64,000 nucleotides of DNA from an uncultured Bacteroides sp. (GCA_949294185.1 CASFGA010000009.1:61968-125967); one strand, 5' to 3'. Shown: positions 38,972 through 50,251, counted from the first letter of the stretch. Program-made: numbers and translations. Notes: generated by a model not told the origin, from the sequence alone.

Positions 38972-39667
38972 ATGAAAATAGGAATTATTACCGCCATGTC
39001 TTCCGAACAAAGACAACTGGCAAACCAACTGGAAAACAAGACAGAACTGGCAGAAGGCCCTTTCAGCTACATCAAAGGAAACATCAAGAGCAATGAAATC
39101 ATTCTGATGCAGTGCGGCATAGGCAAGGTAAACGCCGCTGCCGGCACGGTGGAACTGATACGCAACTTCGGCCCCGACTGCATTATCAGCAGCGGTGTGG
39201 CAGGGGGCATCGATTCATCCCTGAATATCATGGATGTGGTAGTGAGCCAGAGTATTGTCTATCATGATGTATGGTGCGGTGAAGGAAACGCTTACGGACA
39301 GATACAAGGATTGCCGCTCTATTTCCGCGGAAATGACACCTTATATCAATGCGCCCTTTCGATAGACACAGAAACCGCCATCCACGGCGGCCTGATCTGT
39401 ACGGGAGACAAGTTCATCACCGATTCCGCCGAGCTGAAAGCCATCAAGAAAGAGTTTCCCGAAGGTCTGGCCGTAGACATGGAGTCGGCAGCCATTGCCC
39501 AAATCTGCCATCTTTATAAGATACCGTTCATCAGCTTCCGGATTATCAGCGACACGCCGGGCGTGGAACAGCATCTGGAACAGTACCAGAACTTCTGGGG
39601 AGAAATGGCAGACCGCTCTTTCCACGTTACCGAAACTTTTTTAAGAGCCTTGCCAAACCAATTATGA
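38972..39667 (+). CDS. mtnN: 5'-methylthioadenosine/S-adenosylhomocysteine nucleosidase
   Basis: GIGKVNAA, DMESAAIAQ and RIISD motifs. Confidence 0.95.
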   Translation: MKIGIITAMSSEQRQLANQLENKTELAEGPFSYIKGNIKSNEIILMQCGIGKVNAAAGTVELIRNFGPDCIISSGVAGGIDSSLNIMDVVVSQSIVYHDVWCGEGNAYGQIQGLPLYFRGNDTLYQCALSIDTETAIHGGLICTGDKFITDSAELKAIKKEFPEGLAVDMESAAIAQICHLYKIPFISFRIISDTPGVEQHLEQYQNFWGEMADRSFHVTETFLRALPNQL

Positions 39668-39697
39668 TCTGCACCAAAAACAAAAACCATCAGCATC

Positions 39698-40177
39698 ATG
39701 AAAAAAATACCAAGCTTCACAATCGACCATACCCGCCTGCTGAGGGGCGTTTATGTGTCACGCAAAGATGAAATGGCCGGAGAAACCGTCACCACCTTCG
39801 ATATCCGGATGAAGGAACCTAACCGCGAACCGGTGCTGGGACAGCCTGAAATCCACACCATCGAGCATCTGGCAGCCACTTTCCTGCGCAACCATCCCAC
39901 GTGGGCCGACAAGATAATCTATTGGGGCCCTATGGGATGTCTTACCGGCAACTACCTTCTCGTAAAGGGAGACCTTACTTCGCGCGACATACTCCCGCTC
40001 GTAACGGAAACTTTCCGCTTCATCGCCGGCTACGAAGGCGAGATACCGGGAGCTTCTCCCAAAGACTGCGGAAATTATCTGATGATGAACCTGCCGATGG
40101 CAAGGTGGGAAGCAGCCAAATACCTGCACGAAGTACTGGAACAGGCTACCGACGCCAATCTGGAATATCCGGAATAA
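39698..40177 (+). CDS. luxS: S-ribosylhomocysteine lyase (AI-2 synthase)
   Basis: SFTIDH, HTIEH, GPMGCLTG and CGNY motifs. Confidence 0.96.
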   Translation: MKKIPSFTIDHTRLLRGVYVSRKDEMAGETVTTFDIRMKEPNREPVLGQPEIHTIEHLAATFLRNHPTWADKIIYWGPMGCLTGNYLLVKGDLTSRDILPLVTETFRFIAGYEGEIPGASPKDCGNYLMMNLPMARWEAAKYLHEVLEQATDANLEYPE

Positions 40178-40230
40178 AAAAATTTTGGCCGCCTCCTGAT
40201 CAAGATTGGGAGGCGGCCAAAAAATTTTTT
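40176..40230. terminator. Bidirectional intrinsic terminator (luxS/rpsO)
   Basis: A-run, TTTTGGCCGCCTCC ... GGAGGCGGCCAAAA, T-run. Confidence 0.85.
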
Positions 40231-40247
40231 GTTCGCTGCAAGTGAAA

Positions 40248-40517
40248 TTACTTACGCAGACCAAGCTCTTTAATGATGGCACGGTATCTCTCGATGTCGC
40301 GTGACTTCAGATAGTCCAACAAGGAGCGACGCTTACCTACCAAGATTGTCAGGGCTCTTTCAGTTCTATAATCCTTTCTGTTGAGCTTCAGATGCTCAGT
40401 CAGATGGGAAATACGGTATGAAAACAATGCAATCTGAGACTCAGGAGACCCAGTATCAGTGTTAGACTTCCCGTACTTTCCGAAGATTTCTTGCTTTTTA
40501 GCTGAATCTAAATACAT
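40248..40517 (-). CDS. rpsO: 30S ribosomal protein S15
   Basis: DTGSPESQIALFS...GKRRSLLDYL...LGLRK. Confidence 0.98.
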   Translation of the reverse strand: MYLDSAKKQEIFGKYGKSNTDTGSPESQIALFSYRISHLTEHLKLNRKDYRTERALTILVGKRRSLLDYLKSRDIERYRAIIKELGLRK

Positions 40518-40645
40518 AATACTTTTGACTTAAAAAAATATATAAATTTGATTTGCGGTTGCAAAGGTAGTGATAATCTTTCGGATAACAATATTTTTCT
40601 CGAAAAAATATCGTAACTTTGCCCGCAAATAAGAATAGGTATAGT

Positions 40646-42451
40646 ATGCAAGACATTAGAAACATTGCCATCATCGCCCATGTAGACCACGGTAAAACTA
40701 CATTAGTGGACAAGATGATGCTGGCGGGACACCTGTTCCGCAATGACCAGACCAACGGGGAACTGGTTTTGGATAACAATGATTTGGAGCGCGAGAGAGG
40801 TATAACCATCCTTTCAAAAAACGTATCCATCAATTATAACGGTACTAAAATCAATATCATCGATACTCCGGGACACGCCGACTTCGGCGGAGAGGTGGAA
40901 CGCGTGCTGAATATGGCAGATGGATGCATCCTTCTGGTGGACGCCTTCGAGGGGCCAATGCCGCAGACACGCTTCGTATTGCAGAAAGCCTTGCAGATCG
41001 GACTGAAACCGATAGTCGTAGTCAACAAGGTGGATAAGCCAAACTGCCGTCCCGAAGAGGTTTATGAGATGGTGTTCGACTTGATGTTCAGCCTGAATGC
41101 TACTGAAGACCAACTGGACTTCCCTGTTCTTTACGGTTCGGCCAAGAACAACTGGATGGGAGAAGACTGGAAAACGCCGACAGGCACGATTACACCGCTG
41201 CTGGATGCTATCGTAAAATACATTCCCGCGCCGAAGCAGCTAGAGGGAACACCGCAGATGCTGATTACTTCGCTTGACTATTCTTCATACACAGGCCGCA
41301 TCGCGGTGGGACGCGTGCATCGCGGCACACTTACCGAGGGCATGAACATCACGCTTGCCAAGCGCGACGGATCGATGGTCAAGTCGAAAATCAAGGAGGT
41401 GCATACCTTCGAGGGACTGGGACGCAAGAAAGTGGCATCCGTATCGTCGGGAGACATCTGCGCCATCATCGGTATCGAGAATTTTGAAATAGGCGACACC
41501 ATCTGCGACTTCGAGAATCCGGAACCGCTGCCGCCTATCGCCATCGACGAGCCTACGATGAGCATGCTGTTTACCATCAATGATTCGCCATTCTTCGGCA
41601 AGGAAGGAAAATATGTCACCTCGCGCCACATCCAAGACCGACTGACGAAAGAGCTCGACAAGAACTTGGCTCTGCGCGTGCGCAAGGCAGAAAACGAAGA
41701 CGGCAAATGGATTGTGTCCGGACGCGGTGTGCTTCATCTGTCCGTACTCATTGAGACCATGCGCCGAGAGGGCTACGAACTCCAAGTAGGACAGCCGCAA
41801 GTCATCTTCAAGGAAATAGACGGCGTGCGGTGTGAGCCGATAGAAGAACTTACCATCAGTGTGCCCGAAGAATTTTCCAGCAAGATGATTGATATGGTGA
41901 CCCGCCGCAAGGGAGAGATGGTTTCGATGGAAACGCAGGGCGACCGCGTCAACATCGAGTTCAACATGCCTTCGCGCGGAATCATCGGCCTGCGCACCAA
42001 CGTGCTGACCGCATCGCAAGGCGAGGCCATCATGGCTCACCGCTTCAAGGAATATCAGCCCTACAAGGGAGACATACCACGCCGCACAAACGGCTCGATG
42101 ATCGCGATGGAAAGCGGGACGGCCTTCGCATACGCCATTGACAAACTGCAAGACCGCGGCCGCTTCTTCATCTATCCGCAGGATGAAGTCTACGCCGGAC
42201 AGGTGGTAGGCGAGCATGTGCACGAGAACGACCTGGTGATTAACGTGACCAAATCGAAAAAGCTCACCAACATGCGTGCTTCCGGCTCTGATGAAAAGGC
42301 GCGCATCATCCCTCCGGTCATCTTTTCACTGGAAGAAGCCCTGGAGTATATCAAGGAAGACGAATATGTGGAAGTGACCCCGAAGAGCATGCGCATGCGC
42401 AAAATCATTCTCGACGAAACGGAACGCAAGCGCGCCAACAAGAACAACTGA
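40646..42451 (+). CDS. typA: Translational GTPase TypA/BipA
   Basis: [26 protein letters not shown] and [12 protein letters not shown] motifs; -7 box TAACTTTG at 40614-40621. Confidence 0.97.
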   Translation: MQDIRNIAIIAHVDHGKTTLVDKMMLAGHLFRNDQTNGELVLDNNDLERERGITILSKNVSINYNGTKINIIDTPGHADFGGEVERVLNMADGCILLVDAFEGPMPQTRFVLQKALQIGLKPIVVVNKVDKPNCRPEEVYEMVFDLMFSLNATEDQLDFPVLYGSAKNNWMGEDWKTPTGTITPLLDAIVKYIPAPKQLEGTPQMLITSLDYSSYTGRIAVGRVHRGTLTEGMNITLAKRDGSMVKSKIKEVHTFEGLGRKKVASVSSGDICAIIGIENFEIGDTICDFENPEPLPPIAIDEPTMSMLFTINDSPFFGKEGKYVTSRHIQDRLTKELDKNLALRVRKAENEDGKWIVSGRGVLHLSVLIETMRREGYELQVGQPQVIFKEIDGVRCEPIEELTISVPEEFSSKMIDMVTRRKGEMVSMETQGDRVNIEFNMPSRGIIGLRTNVLTASQGEAIMAHRFKEYQPYKGDIPRRTNGSMIAMESGTAFAYAIDKLQDRGRFFIYPQDEVYAGQVVGEHVHENDLVINVTKSKKLTNMRASGSDEKARIIPPVIFSLEEALEYIKEDEYVEVTPKSMRMRKIILDETERKRANKNN

Positions 42452-42468
42452 TTTTCTCCTATACACCT

Positions 42469-42502
42469 AAAAGGCCGTTTCTATTACGAAACGGCCTTTT
42501 TT
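42469..42502 (+). terminator. Intrinsic terminator after typA
   Basis: AAAGGCCGTTT ... AAACGGCCTTTTTT. Confidence 0.85.
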
Positions 42503-42539
42503 ATTTTTAAAAGCCCTCTAAATCACAAACAAACGGGCA

Positions 42540-42920
42540 CTACATTCTTTTATTTTTGAACACGAACCTTACCAACAGGAAGTTTACTGGGACGGCAATG
42601 GCAAACACCGGAAGCGGAGCCCACACTTTCGGCACTCCCGTCCACAGAAACACGTTCAGAAGCACGATATGAAGCAGATAATTCACGCCGTGAGCGGCTC
42701 CCATGCCGAAAAGCTTCTTCCACGACGGGGAAGTGCCGAAGGTAAAATAGGATGTGGCATAGAAGTTGGCGACGAATGACAGCACATAACCTGCCGTATA
42801 CGCCACGTTCACATCGATAACCCGCTGCAACAGGAAATAAATCCCATAGTGCAGCGCCGTCGCCAATACGCCCACAATGCCGAAACGCACAGCTTCTCCG
42901 AACCATTTCCCCCGTTTCAT
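42540..42920 (-). CDS. GtrA family membrane protein
   Basis: VRFGIVG, ANFYATSYFTF and NFLLVRFVF motifs; four TMs. Confidence 0.88.
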   Translation of the reverse strand: MKRGKWFGEAVRFGIVGVLATALHYGIYFLLQRVIDVNVAYTAGYVLSFVANFYATSYFTFGTSPSWKKLFGMGAAHGVNYLLHIVLLNVFLWTGVPKVWAPLPVFAIAVPVNFLLVRFVFKNKRM

Positions 42921-43185
42921 CTTCCGTTTTTCCTGACAATTCTTATTTTCCTACACAGGCAATCCTGATTCCCGTAATCAGAATCCGCCTCCAAGCCTGC
43001 GGCGGATGTCCGGTAGTCTGCCTGCATCGGCAAAGATAAAGGTTTTATCTGTAGTTTCATCGATGGGAAACCGAAATTCTCTCTTATGAAACCGCCATTG
43101 CAATCAGGTGAAACATGATTTTCAACCTTATGAAACCGCCGGATGCTCCCTACAAAATGAAAAGTTACCTTTACAAGGATATGAC

Positions 43186-43230
43186 AAAGGTGCGGACACC
43201 ACCCGAAAAAATCTGAGTATCCGCACCTTT
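43186..43230 (-). terminator. Hairpin after the CoA-transferase gene
   Basis: AAAGGTGCGGA ... TCCGCACCTTT. Confidence 0.65.
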
Positions 43231-43254
43231 CACTATATACAAACAGATTCCGAA

Positions 43255-44745
43255 TCAGAATTCCCCCCAGTCGGTCAGGCGCATATCCCCTTTATTCAGG
43301 AACACCTGGTGCATTCCTAAAGCCGCAACCAGACTGTGACTGGTATGTCCCTTCGTGGCAATCTTCAGATAATCCCACAACAACTGCTTGTAATCGGGAT
43401 GCGCACAGTGCTCTATCACCTCTTTCGCACGCTCCATCGGACTTTTGCCGCGCAAATCGGCTATTCCCTGCTCGGTAATGATTACGTTTACCGAGTGCTC
43501 GCTGTGGTCTTGATGTGACACCATCGGCACAATGGAGCTGATACAGCCCCCTTTTGCCGTAGACGGGCACGAGAAGATGGAGATGTAGGCGCTGCGGGTA
43601 AAGTCGCCCGAACCGCCGATGCCGTTCATCATCTTCGTTCCACAGATATGAGTGGAGTTTACATTCCCGTAAATGTCGGCTTCGATAGCTGTATTCATGG
43701 ATATGACCCCAAGACGGCGCACCACTTCCGGGCAGTTGGAGATTTCCGACGGGCGGAGCACCAGCTTGTCGCGGAAGAAATCCATGTGGTCATAGATATC
43801 CTGCAAGCAGTCATTCGTCACGCTCAGCGAACAGGTGCTTCCAAACTTGATACGGCCTTCCTTTATCAGATTAATGACCGAATTCTGTATCACTTCCGTA
43901 TACATCTCAAAGGGCGGGATACTGGGATCTTTTCCCAGAGCACTCAGCACGGCGTTGGCTATATTGCCTACTCCCGACTGCAAGGGCAGGAAAGAAGACG
44001 GGATAATCCCTTTGCGCAGGTCGGCTGCAAGGAACTCCGCCACATTCTGCCCGATCTTGTCCGTAATCGGATCAGGATCGTGGAAGGCCCGCGCCTCATC
44101 CGGAATGTTTGTCTCTACGATACCCACCACCTTGTCCGGGTCTATCTGGATATAGGGCTGTCCAACGCGGTCGCTCGGCTTCACTATAGGGACGGGACGG
44201 CGGAAAGGCGGACGCTCCATCTCATACAAATCGTGCATGCCGATAATCGCTTTGCTGTGAGCCGCGTTCAGCTCAATCACTATCTTGTCGGCAAGACGGG
44301 CTACGGTAGGCGTGATTCCCACACCCGATGTAAGGAAAACCCGTCCGTCGTCAGTAACCTCACACGCTTCGATAATGGCCATATTGACATGCCCCAAGAA
44401 CCCGGAGCGCAGACGCTGCGCCACTTGCGAAAGATGGATATCAGTATAATTGATTTCTCCATTATTGACCGCCTTGCGGAAGTCTGTATTCGTCGTATAG
44501 GGAGCGCGGAATCTGATGGCTTTGGCGCGTGACAAAGCGCCGTCGCACGAGTCTCCCGTCGATGCTCCCGTAATGATTCCTACCTGAAAGTGCTCCCCTT
44601 TCGCGTGTTTCTCCTCTGCTATCCTGGCTAGCTCGTGTGTTACGGCCTTCGGGCTTCCTGCCGGAGTAAACCCGCTCAGCCCGATGATGTCTCCATCCTT
44701 AATCAGACCGGCAGCCTCAGCTGCCGAAATAAATCCAAATCTCAT
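43255..44745 (-). CDS. Succinate/acetyl-CoA CoA-transferase (acetyl-CoA hydrolase family)
   Basis: SGFTPAG, LQSGVGNIANA, YTEVIQ and NGIGGSGDF motifs. Confidence 0.93.
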   Translation of the reverse strand: MRFGFISAAEAAGLIKDGDIIGLSGFTPAGSPKAVTHELARIAEEKHAKGEHFQVGIITGASTGDSCDGALSRAKAIRFRAPYTTNTDFRKAVNNGEINYTDIHLSQVAQRLRSGFLGHVNMAIIEACEVTDDGRVFLTSGVGITPTVARLADKIVIELNAAHSKAIIGMHDLYEMERPPFRRPVPIVKPSDRVGQPYIQIDPDKVVGIVETNIPDEARAFHDPDPITDKIGQNVAEFLAADLRKGIIPSSFLPLQSGVGNIANAVLSALGKDPSIPPFEMYTEVIQNSVINLIKEGRIKFGSTCSLSVTNDCLQDIYDHMDFFRDKLVLRPSEISNCPEVVRRLGVISMNTAIEADIYGNVNSTHICGTKMMNGIGGSGDFTRSAYISIFSCPSTAKGGCISSIVPMVSHQDHSEHSVNVIITEQGIADLRGKSPMERAKEVIEHCAHPDYKQLLWDYLKIATKGHTSHSLVAALGMHQVFLNKGDMRLTDWGEF

Positions 44746-44900
44746 GGTATCAGTGTTTTTATGTTAGTATTATCTCATTGTCACTCCATACGAATGATTG
44801 TTTCAAAGATACAAATAAATCTGATATATTCCACCAATTTCATGGAAGTTAACCAAGAAACCGGTATCTTTGCAACCTCATTTATTTAAACAAAGACATT

Positions 44901-46262
44901 ATGACAAAAGAAAAGGCGGAAGCAGACTTTAAATCTGCAACCGAAAACAAGAAACTGTTTATCGAAACCTACGGTTGCCAGATGAATGTGGCCGACAGCG
45001 AGGTGGTTGCATCCATTATGCAAATGGCAGGATATTCGCCGTGCGACTCGATAGAGGAGGCGGATGCCGTATTTATGAACACATGCTCTATCCGCGACAA
45101 CGCCGAGCAGAAGATTCTGAACCGGCTGGAGTTTTTCCATTCGCTCCGGAAAAAGAGAAAAAATCTGATTGTCGGCGTACTGGGATGTATGGCAGAGCGT
45201 GTAAAGAACGATTTGATCGAACACCATCACGTGGATCTGGTGGCCGGACCGGACGCTTATCTGACACTTCCGGAACTGATTGCCGCCGTGGAGGCCGGAG
45301 AAAAGGCCATAAATGTAGAGCTGTCTACAACGGAAACTTATCGGGACATCATCCCGTCGCGCATCTGCGGCAACCATATATCCGGATTCGTGTCCATTAT
45401 GCGCGGATGCAACAACTTCTGCCACTATTGCATCGTGCCTTACACTCGGGGGAGAGAGCGAAGCCGCGATGTGGAAAGCATATTGAAAGAAGTATATGAC
45501 TTGAAAGAAAAAGGGTATAAGGAAGTCACCTTGCTGGGACAGAATGTAAATTCTTACCGCTTTGAGAAAGACGGCAGGATTGTAACTTTCCCCATGCTGC
45601 TGCGTACTGTGGCCGAATCCGTTCCTGGGATGAGAGTACGCTTTACGACCTCACATCCCAAAGACATGAGCGATGAAACGCTGCATGTCATCGCCGACAC
45701 GCCGAACGTTTGCAGGCACATCCATCTGCCGGTGCAGAGCGGAAGCTCCCGCATCCTTAAGTTGATGAACCGGAAATATACCCGCGAATGGTATCTGGAA
45801 AGGGTGGAAGCCATCCGGCGCATCATTCCAGACTGCGGATTGAGCACGGACATATTCTCCGGATTCCACTCCGAAACCGAGGAAGACCACCAGATGTCGC
45901 TTTCGCTCATGCGTGAATGCGCATACGACTCCGCCTTCATGTTCAAATATTCAGAGCGTCCGGGCACATTTGCTTCGAAGCACCTGCCGGATGACATTCC
46001 TGAAGAAACAAAAATCCGCCGTCTGAACGAACTGATAGAGCTTCAGAACCAACTTTCGGCAGAAAGCAACGCCAAAGATATCGGAAAGACATTCGAAGTT
46101 TTAGCCGAGGGAATCTCAAAACGTTCGAAGGAACAGCTTTTCGGGCGTACAGAGCAAAACAAGGTGGTAGTGTTCGACCGCGGAAACCACCGCATCGGCG
46201 ACTTCGTAAACATACGCATCACCGAAGCAAGCTCGGCAACACTGAAGGGAATTGAAGTATAA
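44901..46262 (+). CDS. miaB: tRNA-2-methylthio-N6-dimethylallyladenosine synthase
   Basis: TYGCQMN, NTCSIR, radical-SAM GCNNFCHYC and a TRAM domain. Confidence 0.96.
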   Translation: MTKEKAEADFKSATENKKLFIETYGCQMNVADSEVVASIMQMAGYSPCDSIEEADAVFMNTCSIRDNAEQKILNRLEFFHSLRKKRKNLIVGVLGCMAERVKNDLIEHHHVDLVAGPDAYLTLPELIAAVEAGEKAINVELSTTETYRDIIPSRICGNHISGFVSIMRGCNNFCHYCIVPYTRGRERSRDVESILKEVYDLKEKGYKEVTLLGQNVNSYRFEKDGRIVTFPMLLRTVAESVPGMRVRFTTSHPKDMSDETLHVIADTPNVCRHIHLPVQSGSSRILKLMNRKYTREWYLERVEAIRRIIPDCGLSTDIFSGFHSETEEDHQMSLSLMRECAYDSAFMFKYSERPGTFASKHLPDDIPEETKIRRLNELIELQNQLSAESNAKDIGKTFEVLAEGISKRSKEQLFGRTEQNKVVVFDRGNHRIGDFVNIRITEASSATLKGIEV

Positions 46263-46318
46263 CAGTCATCAGGATACGGGCACGGCAGAAGTCTGCCCGT
46301 ATCCTTTTATCTGAAACA

Positions 46319-46516
46319 TCAGTCTATACGCTTCACTTCGGGCATAACCACCCACAATATCAAATATACGATACCGCCGGAGAAAGCTGTAAAGAAGGTA
46401 GCTATCACATATATGATACGCACTAAGGTAATGTCCCATCCAAAATAATCCGCAATGCCCGCACAGACTCCCGCAATCATACGATTGTTTGAACGTGTCA
46501 ATCTTCTTTTTTCCAT
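46319..46516 (-). CDS. PspC domain protein
   Basis: RSNNRMIAGVCAGIADYFG...YLILWVVMP. Confidence 0.92.
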   Translation of the reverse strand: MEKRRLTRSNNRMIAGVCAGIADYFGWDITLVRIIYVIATFFTAFSGGIVYLILWVVMPEVKRID

Positions 46517-46644
46517 AATAATCTGTATTTTGGGGTCTAATATACGGAATTTATACTAATTCATCACCATACTCTTAAAAACTTTTAAAGAAAATCGTTC
46601 TATAACCGATTTATTTGTTATTTTGCAGCAAATTAGGGGATATT

Positions 46645-47541
46645 GTGAATGTACTTGAAATAAATAAATGTCCGCTTTGCGGAAAAGAGCTGTTCGAAGA
46701 GGTGATGGTATGTAAAGACCATTACGCGACCGGTGAATCATTCAGCATCTGCCGCTGCAAAACATGCGGTTTCCTGTTTACCCAGTCAGCTCCCGCAGAG
46801 ACGGAAATCGGACGGTATTATGAAAGTCCTGACTATATATCCCATAGCGACACACGCAGCGGACTGATAAACCGCATCTATCATCAGGTACGGCAGTATA
46901 TGCTTGCGCGGAAAGCCCATCTGATCAAGCGATACAGCGGACTGAACCAAGGTCATCTGCTGGACATCGGTACAGGAACAGGATATTTCAGCCATTTCAT
47001 GAAAGGAAAAGGATGGGAGGTAACCGCCACGGAAAAAAGCTCCCAAGCCCGTTCTTTCGCCAAGGAACATTTCGGATTGAAAGTAGATTCGCCGGAGACA
47101 TTGGGGTCTTACAAGGAAAAGACATTCGATGTCATCACATTATGGCACGTAATGGAGCATCTGGAACACCTGAACGAAACGTGGGAGGCTTTAGGCCGCC
47201 TGCTGAATGACAGGGGCATACTGATTGTCGCCGTTCCCAATCCTGACTCTTTCGACGCACAAAAATACAAGGAAATGTGGGCTGCCTATGATGTTCCCCG
47301 ACACTTATGGCATTTCACTCCCTCGGTAATGCAGCAGTTCGGGATAAAGCATGGCTTCATTCTGGCAGAACGGCGTCCGATGCCTTTTGACGCCTTTTAC
47401 GTATCCATGCTGACAGAAAAATATCAAAGGCATTCGTTCCCTTTCATCAAAGGACTGCTTACCGGATGCAGGGCATGGTTTGCTTCCTTAGTAAGAAAAG
47501 ACCGCAGCAGTTCCATGATTTATGTTTTTAGAAGAAAGTAA
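46645..47541 (+). CDS. Class I SAM-dependent methyltransferase with an N-terminal Cys cluster
   Basis: CPLC...CKTCG, LDIGTGTG, WHVMEH and YDVPRHLWHF motifs; start uncertain (GTG 46645; ORF opens at 46615). Confidence 0.85.
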   Translation: MNVLEINKCPLCGKELFEEVMVCKDHYATGESFSICRCKTCGFLFTQSAPAETEIGRYYESPDYISHSDTRSGLINRIYHQVRQYMLARKAHLIKRYSGLNQGHLLDIGTGTGYFSHFMKGKGWEVTATEKSSQARSFAKEHFGLKVDSPETLGSYKEKTFDVITLWHVMEHLEHLNETWEALGRLLNDRGILIVAVPNPDSFDAQKYKEMWAAYDVPRHLWHFTPSVMQQFGIKHGFILAERRPMPFDAFYVSMLTEKYQRHSFPFIKGLLTGCRAWFASLVRKDRSSSMIYVFRRK

Positions 47542-47544
47542 AAG

Positions 47545-48408
47545 ATGGGTAAGAAGTCAGGATCTTTTTTTGATATGCAGTTCATCACTTCCAGCATCAG
47601 CACCATGCTGGTATTGCTGTTGTTGGGAATGGTCGTTTTTCTCATATTGACGGCCAGCAATCTTTCTGTATACGTACGCGAAAACATTACCTTTTCCGTC
47701 ATTGTCAGCGACGACATGAAGGAACCGGACATTCTGAAACTACAGAAGCAGCTGAATGCCGAGCCGTATGTAAAGCAAACCACCTATATCTCAAAGAAGC
47801 AGGCACTGGAAGAACAGACCAAAGCGATGGGAACAGACCCGAAGGAATTTGTAGGATACAATCCATACTACGCCTCCATCGAGGTGAAGCTGACCTCGCA
47901 GTATATGAAAACAGACAGCATACAATGGATTCAGAAAAAGCTGCTCGCCAATAAAAAGATCGTTGAAGTAAGCTATCCGCAGAATCTGATAGACTCTGTA
48001 AACAAGAACTTACGGAAAGCCAGTCTTTTCCTGCTTGGACTTGCCGCGCTGCTCACCTTCATTTCTTTCGCCCTCATAAACAATACCATCCGGCTGACCA
48101 TCTACTCCCAACGTTTCCTGATACATACCATGAAACTGGTAGGAGCCAACTGGTCTTTCATCCGGCGTCCGTTTCTGGCCAGAAACGTATGGGTCGGCAT
48201 ACTGGCGGCTGCAACAGCCAGTGCGCTCCTGATGGGAATGGCCTATTTCCTGATAAAATATGAGCCAGACCTGATAGAAGTCGTCACTCCCACGGTCATG
48301 CTTGCCGTGATGGGGGCGGTCTTTGTCTTCGGCATTGCCATCACCAGTCTCTGTGCCTTCGTCTCCATCAACAAATATCTGCGGATGAAAGTCAGTGAAC
48401 TATATTAA
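47545..48408 (+). CDS. ftsX: Cell division permease FtsX
   Basis: STMLVLLLLG, NNTIRLTIYSQRFLIHTMKLVGA and FIRRPF motifs. Confidence 0.9.
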   Translation: MGKKSGSFFDMQFITSSISTMLVLLLLGMVVFLILTASNLSVYVRENITFSVIVSDDMKEPDILKLQKQLNAEPYVKQTTYISKKQALEEQTKAMGTDPKEFVGYNPYYASIEVKLTSQYMKTDSIQWIQKKLLANKKIVEVSYPQNLIDSVNKNLRKASLFLLGLAALLTFISFALINNTIRLTIYSQRFLIHTMKLVGANWSFIRRPFLARNVWVGILAAATASALLMGMAYFLIKYEPDLIEVVTPTVMLAVMGAVFVFGIAITSLCAFVSINKYLRMKVSELY

Positions 48409-48444
48409 ACGCCAAGAAGTATTCATTAAAACACATTTATATAT

Positions 48445-48693
48445 ATGGACAAAAAAAATTTTGCTTTTGATAAAACCAACTTTCTGCTACTGGGAATCGG
48501 TATGGTTGTCATTATCATCGGCTTCTTATTGATGAGTGGTTCCGGCTCTACCGAAACGGCCTTCAACCCGGATGTATTCAGTGTACGCCGCATCAAGATA
48601 GCACCCGCAGTATGTTTCATCGGCTTCATATTCATGATTTACGGCATACTGCGCAGACCTTCATCCGATACAAACACTAAAAACAACAAATGA
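48445..48693 (+). CDS. DUF3098 membrane protein
   Basis: [21 protein letters not shown] motif; sits between ftsX and uppP. Confidence 0.85.
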   Translation: MDKKNFAFDKTNFLLLGIGMVVIIIGFLLMSGSGSTETAFNPDVFSVRRIKIAPAVCFIGFIFMIYGILRRPSSDTNTKNNK

Positions 48694-49550
48694 TGGGAGG
48701 AGATTTGAATTTGTTTCAGACGATTGTCATTGCAATCGTGGAAGGGTTGACCGAGTTCTTGCCGGTTTCATCAACCGGCCACATGATCATTACTCAGCAT
48801 ATACTGGGGGTAGAAAGCACTGATTTCGTCAAGGCGTTCACGTTCATCATCCAGTTTGGTGCCATTCTTTCCGTGGTATGCCTTTACTGGAAGCGTTTTT
48901 TCCGCCTCAACCGCACGCCGGCTCCTGAAGGAAGCTCTGCCTTGAAGCGCTTTCTCCACAGGTTCGACTTCTACTGGAAGCTGTTTGTCGCATTCATTCC
49001 GGCCGCCGTTCTGGGACTGCTGTTCAGCGATGCCATCGACGCCATGCTTGAAAGCGTCACCGTGGTAGCCATCATGCTGATTGCCGGCGGAATCTTCATG
49101 CTGTTCTGCGACAAGATATTCGGCAACGGAAGCGAGAAGACCGTCCTTACGGAAAAAAGAGCGTTCGTCATCGGTCTGTTCCAGTGTATTTCCATGATAC
49201 CGGGCGTATCGCGCTCGATGGCCACCATCGTGGGCGGAATGGCTCAAAAGCTTACCCGCAAGGCGGCTGCCGAGTTCTCATTCTTTCTGGCCGTACCCAC
49301 CATGTTCGCCGCCACGGTATACAAGATGGCGAAACTGTTCATGGACGGAGGAACGACCGTCATCATGGACAATCTGACCCCGCTGATTGTAGGAAACATC
49401 GTGGCCTTCATCGTGGCCATGCTCGCGATAAAGTTCTTTATCAGCTTTGTAACGAAATATGGCTTTGTCGCTTTCGGGTGGTACCGCATCATCGTTGGGG
49501 CTGCCATATTGATAATGACATTCTTGGGTTATAATTTAGAATTAGCTTAA
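48690..49550 (+). CDS. uppP: Undecaprenyl-diphosphate phosphatase
   Basis: [14 protein letters not shown] and PGVSRS motifs. Confidence 0.96.
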   Translation: MMGGDLNLFQTIVIAIVEGLTEFLPVSSTGHMIITQHILGVESTDFVKAFTFIIQFGAILSVVCLYWKRFFRLNRTPAPEGSSALKRFLHRFDFYWKLFVAFIPAAVLGLLFSDAIDAMLESVTVVAIMLIAGGIFMLFCDKIFGNGSEKTVLTEKRAFVIGLFQCISMIPGVSRSMATIVGGMAQKLTRKAAAEFSFFLAVPTMFAATVYKMAKLFMDGGTTVIMDNLTPLIVGNIVAFIVAMLAIKFFISFVTKYGFVAFGWYRIIVGAAILIMTFLGYNLELA

Positions 49551-50251
49551 TGAACTTTAAGGAAGGAGAAGTATTATATTTCGACAAGCCGCTGCGATGG
49601 ACATCGTTCGCGGTGGTCAACAAGATAAGATACCATATCAGCCGCAGGCTGGGTGTAAAGAAAATAAAGGTAGGACATGCCGGAACACTCGATCCGCTGG
49701 CTACGGGAGTTATGATTGTCTGCACAGGAAAGGCAACCAAGCGCATCGAAGAGTTCCAGTATCATACGAAAGAATACATAGCGACCTTACAGTTGGGAGC
49801 TACGACCCCATCGTTTGACCTGGAAAAAGAGATTGACGCAACTTATCCCACCGCACACATCACCCGTGAACTGGTGGAAGAAACCCTGCAAAAGTTCGTC
49901 GGGACGATTGAACAGATTCCACCCGCATTCTCGGCATGCAAGATAGACGGAAAGCGCGCTTATGATCTTGCCCGGCAAGGGGGAGATGTGGAGCTGAAGC
50001 CGAAAACGCTGGTCATCGACGAAATAGAACTGCTTGAATGCAATCTGCCGGAAATCAAGATCCGGGTGGTTTGCAGCAAAGGCACCTACATACGGGCCTT
50101 GGCCCGGGACATAGGAGAAGCTTTGCACAGCGGAGCGCATCTCACCGGCCTTATCCGCACACGGGTAGGAGAGGTAAGACTGGAAGACTGCATGAAAGTA
50201 GACGACTTTGAAGCATGGCTTGAAAAACAAGATATAGTTATAAACGATTAA
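49550..50251 (+). CDS. truB: tRNA pseudouridine(55) synthase
   Basis: [12 protein letters not shown] and [13 protein letters not shown] motifs. Confidence 0.96.
   Translation: MNFKEGEVLYFDKPLRWTSFAVVNKIRYHISRRLGVKKIKVGHAGTLDPLATGVMIVCTGKATKRIEEFQYHTKEYIATLQLGATTPSFDLEKEIDATYPTAHITRELVEETLQKFVGTIEQIPPAFSACKIDGKRAYDLARQGGDVELKPKTLVIDEIELLECNLPEIKIRVVCSKGTYIRALARDIGEALHSGAHLTGLIRTRVGEVRLEDCMKVDDFEAWLEKQDIVIND

Noticed and set aside
47545-50251. ftsX without ftsE, and truB lacking a C-terminal PUA domain
   Set aside because: To my knowledge both are normal in Bacteroidetes.
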